A stretch of DNA of 64,000 nucleotides, taken from IMG/VR virus record IMGVR_UViG_3300028584_000098, positions 1 through 64,000 of that record; one strand, 5' to 3'. Origin of the DNA: a virus. The notes below the pieces were generated by a model, which saw only the letters and a program-made list of their open reading frames with translations, was not told where the DNA came from and did not search any database. The translations under genes were made by a program, and so were the position numbers. This document shows, piece after piece, positions 19,967-27,858 of the stretch; the stretch's first letter is position 1, and every line of letters starts with the position of its first letter.

Positions 19967-22302
19967 GTATGGCAGGAGCCGTTGCGGCGGCTATCCGCAA
20001 TACTAATTATTATAGTGATCTGTTTTCGGGAGGAGCTAGATTAGCCCTAGAGTTTGTTGGGACTAAAACAGGTAAGCCTTTTTACGGTTACGATAATAGA
20101 GTACTTAACTCCTACGCCAACATCCCCGGCTGGACCTTCACCCGCGCCTCAACGGGCTATGCGGAAGGGCTGGTTGACGACGTTGTGACCAACAAGGTTA
20201 CGGCTTGGAATGCCAACCCAACTGAAGCTGCTGGGTTTGTCGGCACTCCGTTTGGGATGCTCAAGGGCGGCGACGCGGCAGCGGTGCTGTCGGTAGTCAA
20301 CGACGTTGCTGCGTTGGCTGCTGCGGGCCTGTCGGGCGTCTGCACTTCCGGCAAGGTTTACAAGCTGGACAATACTGCGGGGAGTACGGCGGCATTCTGT
20401 AATACTGTCGGGCCATGCGGAAACACCAACAATCACTCGGTGTCTTCTTGGGCTAGGGGCGCTGCAGGTATTTTAGGGATTGGTGCGGGAGGCTCTACCG
20501 GCTTCGCGGCTTCTGGCCCGTATGTGCGGCGCACCCATGCCACGCCCGGTGTAGCCCCTAACTCCATGTTTATCGGGGCCAACGCCGGAGCCGTCGTCTA
20601 CTTCATCCTCCCCCAACTGATCGAGCGCCCCGCCGCTATCAGCCAAGACATTGTGACTGAAGGCGCTGCTGCGTCTGCTGTGGTCGGTCGGGTCAATGGA
20701 TACGTCTCGTTTGCATCGGGCGTTCCTGCAATTACCAGCAAAGGCCTGTCGGTGTGGGAAAGCCGTACTAACCTCTGCTTACAATCTAATACTCCATCTG
20801 ATGCATCATGGAACAAGAACGCTTGTTCTGTGGGTAGCGCGGTTCTCGGTCCAGATGCTGTCTTATCCGCGTATCCCATCACGGAGAGTACGGCAGGGTC
20901 TCTCCTGCGGAATATTACTGCAATCACAATTGCCTCTGGGTCAACGTACGCAATCAGCCGACTTGTTCGCCGGGGCAACTGCGACTGGATCCGTATACTG
21001 GCTGGCGACGACACCTCATTCACCAACAGTGTGCGCATCTGGTTCAATATGGCGACAGGAACAGTTGGCACTGCTGGCGTACTAGGCACTGGCTGGTCGT
21101 TCGCCAAGACTTCTGAAGTGACGGCGCTGGGCAATAGCTGGTATCGCGTCACCATGTTCGTGACGACTGGCGCAACCACCCTGTTCATCGGCAACTGCAC
21201 TGCAAACTCCGACAACACTACCAACCGCGCCGACGTCGGTGGCGGCTTTGGCGTGAATGCAGCGTACATTGTACACAACGCTGATGTTGAGCTTGGAGCA
21301 TTCCCTACTCCTCCGGTCATCACCACCACTGCCGCCGCAACCCGCGCTGCTGACAATGCCAGCATCACCGGGCTGGGCCCGCTCCTGGGGCAGTTCAGGA
21401 CGAACCTGCTGCTGCACTCAAACGATTTCGCTAATGCGGTCTGGCAAAAGGTAGCCCTCGGTAGTGGCGTAGCCCCAGTTCTGACTGCTGGTTTTGCAGA
21501 CCCGAACGGGGGTCTAGAGGCCACAAGGATCGTGTTTGATCGGGGATCTGGTACGACTGGCAACGACAGATCCAATATTAATCAGGACTATGGTGCCACC
21601 TCTGTATACACCTCTTCCATATGGCTGCGCGCAGACGCCCCAGTGCCTGTTAGTCTTCGCAGCCCCGCAAACACTGGCGGCCACACTACTATCAACGTTA
21701 CTACGGCGTGGCAGAGGTTTGAATTGTACGGAACGGCGACGCTCAGCTCAAACTTTCTGCTGGGCCTTCGCGGTGATCTAACGGCGAACAGTACCGCTAC
21801 GGTCTATGTTTACGGTGCCCAAGGTGAAACCGGCCCAGTCGCAACTCCGTACATCCCCACCACGACTGCTGCCGTCACGGTCGGCAACCCATTTACAATG
21901 GTGTCTTGGGGGGATTTGCCGGCGATTGATGGCACGGAAAGATATTTGGCAATTGCTCGGGACGCGGGCGGCGGGCTTGGCAATAATGTTTCGCTAAGGC
22001 GTTCTTCTGCAAACGCGGCGCGAATGACAGTTACAAATTCCGGTTCCGCTGTTGCTGTTAGTCCGCCGGGCGCTTTTGCGGGTGCCCTTACTATTAAGAG
22101 CGCAGGAAGGGTGCGTGTGGATGGTTTCGCGACCGCAGCTAATGGTTCGGCACTGGCTTCCGCCACACAAGCCGCCCCCGCTGTGTTGGCAACGCTATAT
22201 CTAGGCATAAACATAAATACGCAGTTCCTCAATGGCTACCTCCAGCGCGTCTTCATCTATGGCGATGTAGGCGATGCACAATTACAAAGGTTAACACAAT
22301 GA
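19963..22302 (+). CDS. mosaic tail-fibre / receptor-binding protein with two lectin-like repeats
   Basis: ATGA-coupled at both ends. About the first 50 and last 25 codons are AT-rich backbone and the ~2.1-kb core is high-GC. Two internal repeats begin NLCLQSNTPSDASWNK... and NLLLHSNDFANAVWQK... Confidence 0.65.
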   Translation: MSMAGAVAAAIRNTNYYSDLFSGGARLALEFVGTKTGKPFYGYDNRVLNSYANIPGWTFTRASTGYAEGLVDDVVTNKVTAWNANPTEAAGFVGTPFGMLKGGDAAAVLSVVNDVAALAAAGLSGVCTSGKVYKLDNTAGSTAAFCNTVGPCGNTNNHSVSSWARGAAGILGIGAGGSTGFAASGPYVRRTHATPGVAPNSMFIGANAGAVVYFILPQLIERPAAISQDIVTEGAAASAVVGRVNGYVSFASGVPAITSKGLSVWESRTNLCLQSNTPSDASWNKNACSVGSAVLGPDAVLSAYPITESTAGSLLRNITAITIASGSTYAISRLVRRGNCDWIRILAGDDTSFTNSVRIWFNMATGTVGTAGVLGTGWSFAKTSEVTALGNSWYRVTMFVTTGATTLFIGNCTANSDNTTNRADVGGGFGVNAAYIVHNADVELGAFPTPPVITTTAAATRAADNASITGLGPLLGQFRTNLLLHSNDFANAVWQKVALGSGVAPVLTAGFADPNGGLEATRIVFDRGSGTTGNDRSNINQDYGATSVYTSSIWLRADAPVPVSLRSPANTGGHTTINVTTAWQRFELYGTATLSSNFLLGLRGDLTANSTATVYVYGAQGETGPVATPYIPTTTAAVTVGNPFTMVSWGDLPAIDGTERYLAIARDAGGGLGNNVSLRRSSANAARMTVTNSGSAVAVSPPGAFAGALTIKSAGRVRVDGFATAANGSALASATQAAPAVLATLYLGININTQFLNGYLQRVFIYGDVGDAQLQRLTQ
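20112..22200. other. high-GC core (island 2) inside the fibre gene
   Basis: Line 21301 has 39/60 G+C. Long spurious ORFs run on both strands (for example 20598-21575 on the - strand). Confidence 0.75.
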
Positions 22303-22550
22303 CATGGAACTTAGCAATAATTGATAACCCAAAATTTGATACAGGGTACCACATTAACCTGCCCAACTATCTTCTTACAGAAGAACTAGGGCAATTCCAA
22401 GTGTTTCCCGAAACACCTAATGTGGTTTTCGCAGGACAGGAGACAGTATTCCTATCCTTTGAAAATGAGGCTCAAGCAATTGCAGCTTTACCCCAATATT
22501 GGATCGAAGAATATGTAACCGATGAGGAATTGGTAGAGCTTAGTGAATAA
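22299..22550 (+). CDS. hypothetical protein (possible fibre chaperone by position)
   Basis: Track ORF with ATGA coupling to the fibre gene. AT-rich backbone composition. Confidence 0.55.
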   Translation: MTWNLAIIDNPKFDTGYHINLPNYLLTEELGQFQVFPETPNVVFAGQETVFLSFENEAQAIAALPQYWIEEYVTDEELVELSE

Positions 22551-22556
22551 AAGTTC

Positions 22557-22585
22557 TTGACTTTAACTGGTTGATGGACTATACT
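22557..22585 (+). promoter_or_regulatory. sigma70-type promoter, tandem copy 1
   Basis: TTGACT 22557-22562, 17 bp, TATACT 22580-22585. Confidence 0.8.
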
Positions 22586-22589
22586 AAAT

Positions 22590-22628
22590 CAGAGGTGGAG
22601 AAGCCCTTCGGAGAATACTCCGCCTCTG
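22590..22628 (+). ncRNA. 39-nt hairpin RNA
   Basis: CAGAGGTGGAG (22590-22600) pairs with CTCCGCCTCTG (22618-22628). The inner loop contains C-TTCG-G. It starts about 5-7 nt after the -10. Confidence 0.5.
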
Positions 22629-22638
22629 AAAATAGTTC

Positions 22639-22667
22639 TTGACTTTAACTGGTTGATGAACTATACT
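22639..22667 (+). promoter_or_regulatory. sigma70-type promoter, tandem copy 2
   Basis: TTGACT 22639-22644, 17 bp, TATACT 22662-22667. The ~37 bp around it are near-identical to copy 1. Confidence 0.8.
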
Positions 22668-22674
22668 ATATAAA

Positions 22675-22746
22675 TCGACACATTAGATAAGACATTAGTC
22701 AGCATATTCTCACGAATCCACTGCTACAGAGTATCTAATGTGTCGA
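22675..22746 (+). ncRNA. 72-nt RNA closed by a perfect 15-bp terminal helix
   Basis: TCGACACATTAGATA (22675-22689) pairs with TATCTAATGTGTCGA (22732-22746). It is not a cloverleaf. Confidence 0.5.
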
Positions 22747-22755
22747 AAATAGTTC

Positions 22756-22784
22756 TTGACTTTAGTTACTTAAAAGTCTATAAT
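22756..22784 (+). promoter_or_regulatory. sigma70-type promoter, tandem copy 3
   Basis: TTGACT 22756-22761, 17 bp, TATAAT 22779-22784. Confidence 0.8.
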
Positions 22785-22808
22785 ATCTAAAGCGACATAT
22801 TAAATAAA

Positions 22809-22876
22809 GCATGAGACGCGTTTCGTGGGGGGAGTCCAGCTAGTGCAACTGGATGAGGTTCAATTCCTCCTCATGC
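22809..22876 (+). ncRNA. tRNA-like domain at the 5' end of the large RNA
   Basis: Perfect 7-bp acceptor GCATGAG/CTCATGC, T arm GAGG-TTCAATT-CCTC, arm TCCAG-9 nt-CTGGA. No variable loop and no CCA. Confidence 0.45.
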
Positions 22877-23690
22877 TTTACTTTATATGCCGCGTGCGGC
22901 AAGAGGTTACGTGAGTAACTGACAGGGGAGGCTCCCATAGCCCTTCCCGACCTCGCAAGAGGCCAAAGCACGCAGATTGGGCTAGCAGGAGAGACCCTGA
23001 GCTTCCGAGAGGGAGACGAATCTAGAAGGTATGCCTAAAGAGTCGGGTCTGGGTAACTCCGGGACTTGGTCTGCTCGTCGCAAGCGAGATAGGGGTGCAA
23101 CATTCCGATAGAGGAGCTGCTAACAATCGAGAGTACGTTATAGTTCGAGTCCCGCAGACAAGAGCGCGTATCAAAGCACTAGGGAACTGGTTATACAAGG
23201 GCGAAAGTTCTTGTAGCGTCAATATGTCCTAGCGTTTAGTCTAGTAGGCCGCAAACCGAAAGATATTGAGGTGTGTTGTATTTCGCTCCCAAAAGGAACC
23301 GAAGCAACTGGACTGGCACATCTCCGTGGGTTGCAAAAATTTCATTTGGATTGAAAATCAATAAACGCAAAAGACTGGTCCGGTACATGGTGTAAGTAGC
23401 CAAATACTTCAGCGTAAGCAATGAAGTCATGGAGAGGCCGCAAGCTAATTCATGTTGGTTGGGAAGGTTTCATAGGAAGTTAGCGCTTTCGAATGGCTCG
23501 CAAGGTCAGTGGGAATAGAACAGCCGAGTAATCATGTATGACAGAGTAAATGCTAGCTCTTTAAATCTAGCGGCTATGGCGAAATAGAGAATACTTTCTC
23601 TGGACACGTATAAACCCTCCGGGTCGCACTGGGTGTGGAATTATATACTAAGGTTCGTCGTACTAAGCGGTAATCTCACGCTTATCAATA

Positions 23691-23720
23691 AGGCCGTCAC
23701 TTCCTGTGACGGCCTTTTTC
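23691..23720 (+). terminator. intrinsic terminator
   Basis: AGGCCGTCAC (23691-23700) pairs with GTGACGGCCT (23706-23715) and is followed by TTTT. Confidence 0.8.
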
Positions 23721-23733
23721 ATTAGGAAGACTC

Positions 23734-24183
23734 ATGTTAGAAGATGCAAAAAAAGCAATAGCTGCAAGTTCAAAAGAAAGCTCTGTCTATATTGGTAGCG
23801 ACTCAATTCGCTTCAAGAAAGCTGGAGTTTGGTACGCCCGATATTCAACAGTCGTAATTCTTCACCTAGACTCTAAGCACGGCTGTAAACTATTTCATAG
23901 CACAGAAACCATGCGAGACTATGGTTCGATGAAGCAGAGACTCCTGACAGAAGTTTCGTACACAGTAACACTAGCTCTAGAATTACTAGAGGTAATCGGT
24001 GAACGCCACTTGGAAGTTCACCTTGACCTTAACGCTAATCCTCGGCATAAATCTAACGTAGCCGTTAAGGAAGCACTAGGATTCTGCCATGGTAGTCTAC
24101 CTGGAGTACAAGTAGAGATTAAACCTAACGGATGGGCTGCATCTTCTTGTGCAGATCATCTAGTACGCGGTAAGCTCCAATAA
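23734..24183 (+). CDS. RNase H-like protein of the YkuK/DUF458 type
   Basis: The pattern YIGSDS ... VVILH ... LEVHLDLN ... S matches my recollection of the DUF458 fold family. Confidence 0.45.
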   Translation: MLEDAKKAIAASSKESSVYIGSDSIRFKKAGVWYARYSTVVILHLDSKHGCKLFHSTETMRDYGSMKQRLLTEVSYTVTLALELLEVIGERHLEVHLDLNANPRHKSNVAVKEALGFCHGSLPGVQVEIKPNGWAASSCADHLVRGKLQ

Positions 24184-24191
24184 AAAAGTTC

Positions 24192-24220
24192 TTGACTTTT
24201 AGTGCTCTATCGGATATTAT
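24192..24220 (+). promoter_or_regulatory. sigma70-type promoter (family copy)
   Basis: TTGACT 24192-24197, 17 bp, TATTAT 24215-24220. Confidence 0.8.
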
Positions 24221-24241
24221 AGACTTTCAATGAGGGAATAA

Positions 24242-24682
24242 ATGGGCGACCGTTTTTACCAAGCACAACTACAAGACCGTGGCACCTGCCCCGGTTATAC
24301 TGGAAAGAGAAAACAGAAAATGGCATGGGATGATACTCGTAAGGCTGAAGCAGTAAAGCTATATATTGCTGGAAACCCTACAGCAGAAAACTCTATGGAG
24401 ATTGTTAAGGAAATTGCAGACTCCATGGGTGAAAGCCCTAATGGTGTTCGTATGATTCTTACCAAGGCAGACGTCTACGTTAAGAAGGCTGCTGCAAGCG
24501 GTACTGCCTCTAAGCCTGCTAAGGAAGGCGGAGCCGGAGCCGGAGCCAGAGTTAGCAAGGAAGCTGCACACGCGCGTCTAATCGTAGCCCTAACGGATCG
24601 CGGCGCGACTGTTAACGACGAAATCGTTAGCAAGCTAACGGGTAAGGCAGCTCTATACTTCGCTGAAGTTCTAGAAGCTTAA
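24242..24682 (+). CDS. hypothetical protein sharing the W/Y-x3-E...IA..-G-S..-V..-L repeat motif with 27859-28587
   Basis: Track ORF with a GAGGGA RBS. Confidence 0.6.
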   Translation: MGDRFYQAQLQDRGTCPGYTGKRKQKMAWDDTRKAEAVKLYIAGNPTAENSMEIVKEIADSMGESPNGVRMILTKADVYVKKAAASGTASKPAKEGGAGAGARVSKEAAHARLIVALTDRGATVNDEIVSKLTGKAALYFAEVLEA

Positions 24683-24687
24683 TATAA

Positions 24688-24718
24688 TACCCCCTTGACT
24701 GAATAGGTCAAGGGGGTA
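24688..24718 (+). terminator. 12-bp stem-loop after the gene (weak U-tract)
   Basis: TACCCCCTTGAC (24688-24699) pairs with GTCAAGGGGGTA (24707-24718). Confidence 0.5.
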
Positions 24719-24782
24719 TAAGTGTTTCCTAAAGCATGTATGGCGCGAAGAGGTTTGCCGACCTACTGATAAGGAGTACACT

Positions 24783-25061
24783 TTGAAAAAAGAAGAATTA
24801 AGAGCCCTAGTACTAGAACAGGGAGACAGCATTATTGACTACATTAGTGCCGAGTCCCTGAAACTAAAGTACAATGTATGCACCCTGAATTTCAGCACAC
24901 CATACATTGCTGAAAAGCAAAATAGAGCCAAAGAGACAGAAGATACACTTCTAATGTTTTGCTGGGATACGGACTCTTTTAGATTAATTAAATGCGCAAA
25001 TGTTAAAAAAGTAGAGGCTTTAAACGTAGCCCTACAGCGCAGCAGAGGCTCACGTGGATGA
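24783..25061 (+). CDS. hypothetical protein (TTG start)
   Basis: AAGGAG lies 7 nt upstream of TTG 24783. Confidence 0.6.
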   Translation: MKKEELRALVLEQGDSIIDYISAESLKLKYNVCTLNFSTPYIAEKQNRAKETEDTLLMFCWDTDSFRLIKCANVKKVEALNVALQRSRGSRG

Positions 25062-25344
25062 GTCAATTTATGAACGAGTAGTTCACTACAACGAAGAAAA
25101 AGACTTTCAAGTACGTTTGACTCTTAATGAGTTTAGGGGTATTGAGTACCTGCACTTACGTAAGTATTATCTTGACTTCGATGAGCAATGGAAGCCTAGC
25201 AACGAAGGAATAGCTATGCCTCTTGATCTCACTAATGTTAAAGAACTCTTTATTGGGCTAGTAGAGATATTAAGTCTAGCGGAGAGTAAAGAAATTATTA
25301 TTGATCATTTTGCTGAACTAATTTCCACCGTATATCAAGATTAA
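25054..25344 (+). CDS. PC4/YdbC-like ssDNA-binding protein
   Basis: RLTLNEFRGIEYLHLRKYYLDFDEQWKPSNEGIAMPL fits the PC4-type pattern. GTG start. Confidence 0.5.
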   Translation: MDESIYERVVHYNEEKDFQVRLTLNEFRGIEYLHLRKYYLDFDEQWKPSNEGIAMPLDLTNVKELFIGLVEILSLAESKEIIIDHFAELISTVYQD

Positions 25345-25369
25345 TATTCACTGGCCAATAGGATAGAGT

Positions 25370-26293
25370 ATGAAACAATTACTAGATAAGGCCAGCGCAG
25401 CGTACTACGTAGGCAACCCTATTATGTCAGATGAAGAGTTTGACGCTCTAGCTACCGATTACGCCGCTATTGGGGCCGCTCCTACTAAGAGTAAGAGCCA
25501 ACACCCGTACCCTATGTGGTCACTTAACAAAGTATATACGGAAGACCCCCCATTTACTGGGGGCATCAAGTCTCCAAAGCTAGATGGCGCTGCTATTCGA
25601 CTAACCTATAGTATTGCGCTATTCGCAGGAGCTACTCGGGGTAACGGTGTTATTGGTGAAGGTATTACGGACCTACTTAAACACTACGCCTACAAGGGTG
25701 TACTGCCGATCCAAATACCTGCCACAGGTACGTATCAGATAGTTGGCGAGATGGTAGCGCCGAAGCACATAAAAAACTCTCGTAACTATGCCGCGGGTGC
25801 TCTAAACCTCAAGTCTATACCTGAGGCTATGGAACGAGAGCTAACTTTTATTGCGTATGGCATCGAGCCTCATCTTAGCACATCTTGGTCGTCAGATATG
25901 GCGGTTCTTCGTAGTTGGGGCTTCAATACTGTACTTGATTCTGATTGGGATCAATTCCCCCAGGACGGTACAGTATATCGTATTGATAGTTACGCAGAAT
26001 TCAATGCACTTGGCTATACTAGTAAGTATCCTCGGGGTGCTTATGCCCACAAAGTACAGTCTGCGGGTGAGATAACTACTCTACTAGACGTAGTTTGGAG
26101 TGTGGGTCGCTCTGGAGTTGTGTCCCCAGTAGCTATTCTAGAGCCTGTAGAGGTTGAAGATGCTATCGTAGCAAAAGCTACTTTACATAACATGGCATAT
26201 ATTAATGCCTTAAACCTGGATATTGGCTGTAAAGTACGAGTAATTCGTTCTGGGGGCGTAATTCCTAGAATTATCGGGAGAGTATATGATTGA
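25370..26293 (+). CDS. NAD-dependent DNA ligase, subunit A (adenylation + OB domains)
   Basis: KxDG adenylation motif (SPKLDGAA). It ends after the OB-fold motif VIRSGGVIPRI. A split ligase is the T5-type arrangement. Confidence 0.8.
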   Translation: MKQLLDKASAAYYVGNPIMSDEEFDALATDYAAIGAAPTKSKSQHPYPMWSLNKVYTEDPPFTGGIKSPKLDGAAIRLTYSIALFAGATRGNGVIGEGITDLLKHYAYKGVLPIQIPATGTYQIVGEMVAPKHIKNSRNYAAGALNLKSIPEAMERELTFIAYGIEPHLSTSWSSDMAVLRSWGFNTVLDSDWDQFPQDGTVYRIDSYAEFNALGYTSKYPRGAYAHKVQSAGEITTLLDVVWSVGRSGVVSPVAILEPVEVEDAIVAKATLHNMAYINALNLDIGCKVRVIRSGGVIPRIIGRVYD

Positions 26294-26388
26294 TGACGAA
26301 GACTTAAAGCGCTGGACTATTTGGGGTCTACTAATGGCTCTTATGCTAATTGGTACTCATGTCTGGGGTATATAAGCGTAAGGTAACA

Positions 26389-27120
26389 ATGCGCAAATCT
26401 AGTGAAGAATATGGCTTAGAGTTAGCTCAGCGAGAAATAGACTTTAATCCTTTAGAACCTTATGTAGATGATTCTACCCCTATTTTACATGAATGCTTTA
26501 ATAGCCATATAGTACGAATGACCCCAAATAGCGTATTACAGGGGACTAAATGTTCCAACTGTAGTACTGTTGATAAAGATATTAAATACAAAAATGAGCT
26601 AGTACAATTAAACATCCCATACATACCATTAGAGCTTTATATAGGAGCTTCTACTCCTATATATCATGCGTGCCCCTTTGGGCATGAAAATTGGCTCGCA
26701 GCCCCCGTTAGAATTAAAAAAGGTCATGGGTGTCCTAAATGTAATAGAGTTGGAGGTTATAATACTAAATTCTTTAGTAATAACCCAGATAAAGCCAAGT
26801 CCCCCGGAATACTTTACCTAGTCGCTTTGATTAATAAAGATACAAGTACTAGAGAGTGTCTAAAGATAGGCATCACTAAAGGATCCTCTAATAAAGATAT
26901 TCTGCGTAGAGCAGGGGGATTTATAGGCTATGAAGTACGAGTACTAAAAATGCATAAAGGTACTTTACTAGACGTATTTAATTTAGAACAAAAGTTACAT
27001 AAGTACTGGAAAGACCAGCAGTATATACCTTTGAAAAAATTCGGTGGATGGACGGAACTATTCAGTTTAAATGATGATATTATCCGAAGCTTTCCCAACA
27101 TACCAGAAAATAATCCTTGA
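26389..27120 (+). CDS. free-standing homing endonuclease with zinc ribbons and a T5orf172 / GIY-YIG-like domain
   Basis: ATG 26389 is in frame with track ORF 26350-27120. Zinc ribbons C-x2-C (KCSNC, CPKC). C-terminus GILYLV...KIGITKG...R...GWTELF. It sits between the ligase halves. Confidence 0.6.
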   Translation: MRKSSEEYGLELAQREIDFNPLEPYVDDSTPILHECFNSHIVRMTPNSVLQGTKCSNCSTVDKDIKYKNELVQLNIPYIPLELYIGASTPIYHACPFGHENWLAAPVRIKKGHGCPKCNRVGGYNTKFFSNNPDKAKSPGILYLVALINKDTSTRECLKIGITKGSSNKDILRRAGGFIGYEVRVLKMHKGTLLDVFNLEQKLHKYWKDQQYIPLKKFGGWTELFSLNDDIIRSFPNIPENNP

Positions 27121-27145
27121 CTTCTTCCCCTTAAAGAGTTATACT
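27117..27145 (+). promoter_or_regulatory. sigma70-type promoter, probably giving a leaderless ligase-B mRNA
   Basis: TTGACT 27117-27122, 17 bp, TATACT 27140-27145. ATG 27152 is 7 nt after the -10 and has no SD. Confidence 0.6.
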
Positions 27146-27151
27146 ATATAA

Positions 27152-27856
27152 ATGATCAAGGCACCCACCAATTGTCCAAGTTGCAATAGCCTATTAAAAA
27201 CAGTAGGAGAACAGCTTTACTGTACTAATGAAGAGTGCGGGGATAAGCAGTATAAAAACGTAGAACATTTCTGTAAAACGATAAAGATCAAAGGCCTAGG
27301 TCCCTCTACGATTAAGTTCTTAGATATACGTACCATTAATGAAATATACGAGCTAGACCTGCCTGCAGGCAAGACGTACAAAAATATCGCTATAGAGATT
27401 GAGAAGTCTAAATTAGCTACATTAAACGTTCTTTTACCTGCGCTAGGTATACCCTTAATTGGGCAAACTGCTACAGATAAGCTTGCTAACGTAGTAGATA
27501 CATTACAAGAGGTTACAGAATTAAAATGTCGAGAAGCAGGTCTGGGGGAGAAAGCAACTTCAAATCTAATGGATTTCTTATTTGATTTCGATTATGATCT
27601 ACCTTTTGATTTCAAGTTTGCTAAAAAGACTGCTACTAATGGTATTGTATGTATTACAGGTAAACTAACCAGTTATAAAAATAAGGCTGAAGCTACCAAA
27701 GTGCTCCAAGCACGAGGGTACGCAGTTAGGCCCTCTATTACTAAAGAGACTACTATCCTAATAAACGAAAGCGGTGAAGAAACCGCTAAAGTCATCAAAG
27801 CTAGAGCATCTAGCATAACCGTTGTAAACAACATTAATATATTTCTAGGAGAATAA
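27152..27856 (+). CDS. NAD-dependent DNA ligase, subunit B (Zn finger, HhH, BRCT)
   Basis: CPSC...C-x5-C zinc finger, IKGLGPSTIKF HhH motif, C-terminal BRCT-like ICITGKL... Confidence 0.8.
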   Translation: MIKAPTNCPSCNSLLKTVGEQLYCTNEECGDKQYKNVEHFCKTIKIKGLGPSTIKFLDIRTINEIYELDLPAGKTYKNIAIEIEKSKLATLNVLLPALGIPLIGQTATDKLANVVDTLQEVTELKCREAGLGEKATSNLMDFLFDFDYDLPFDFKFAKKTATNGIVCITGKLTSYKNKAEATKVLQARGYAVRPSITKETTILINESGEETAKVIKARASSITVVNNINIFLGE

Positions 27857-27858
27857 AC

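Larger units (their letters stand above)
22791..23720 (+). ncRNA. ~930-nt candidate large structured non-coding RNA
   Basis: It is bounded by a consensus promoter and an intrinsic terminator, with no + strand ORF of 60 aa or more. G+C is elevated. It contains a tRNA-like 5' domain, repeated C-GCAA-G and C-GAAA-G loops, and a long-range helix 23060-23066 / 23148-23154. Confidence 0.6.

Noticed and set aside
20149-22232. Long antisense or alternate-frame ORFs inside the mosaic fibre gene (for example 20598-21575 -, 325 aa; 21810-22232 -).
   Set aside because: This is the same high-GC artefact. The translations are Arg/Pro/Ala-rich with no start signals, and the sense frame gives a coherent fibre-like protein coupled to its neighbours.
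22547-22790. A possible CRISPR-like or other repeat-spacer array, suggested by three evenly spaced repeats.
   Set aside because: The repeats are full sigma70 promoters (-35/-10 with 17-bp spacing). The spacing is irregular (82 and 117 bp), the payloads are self-complementary hairpins, and no cas genes are present.
23022-23430. Two - strand ORFs (66 and 64 aa) inside the large ncRNA locus.
   Set aside because: They have no SD or promoter on the - strand and would be antisense to a promoter/terminator-bounded + strand unit. Their composition is Cys/Arg/Leu-rich and not protein-like. They remain formally possible until conservation is checked.
26294-27151. A second group I intron splitting the ligase, by analogy with the polymerase.
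   Set aside because: There are no R/S core elements, no guide-sequence pairing at the end of ligase A and no terminal-G context. Ligase B has its own promoter and ATG, so a two-subunit ligase with a free-standing endonuclease is the simpler reading.
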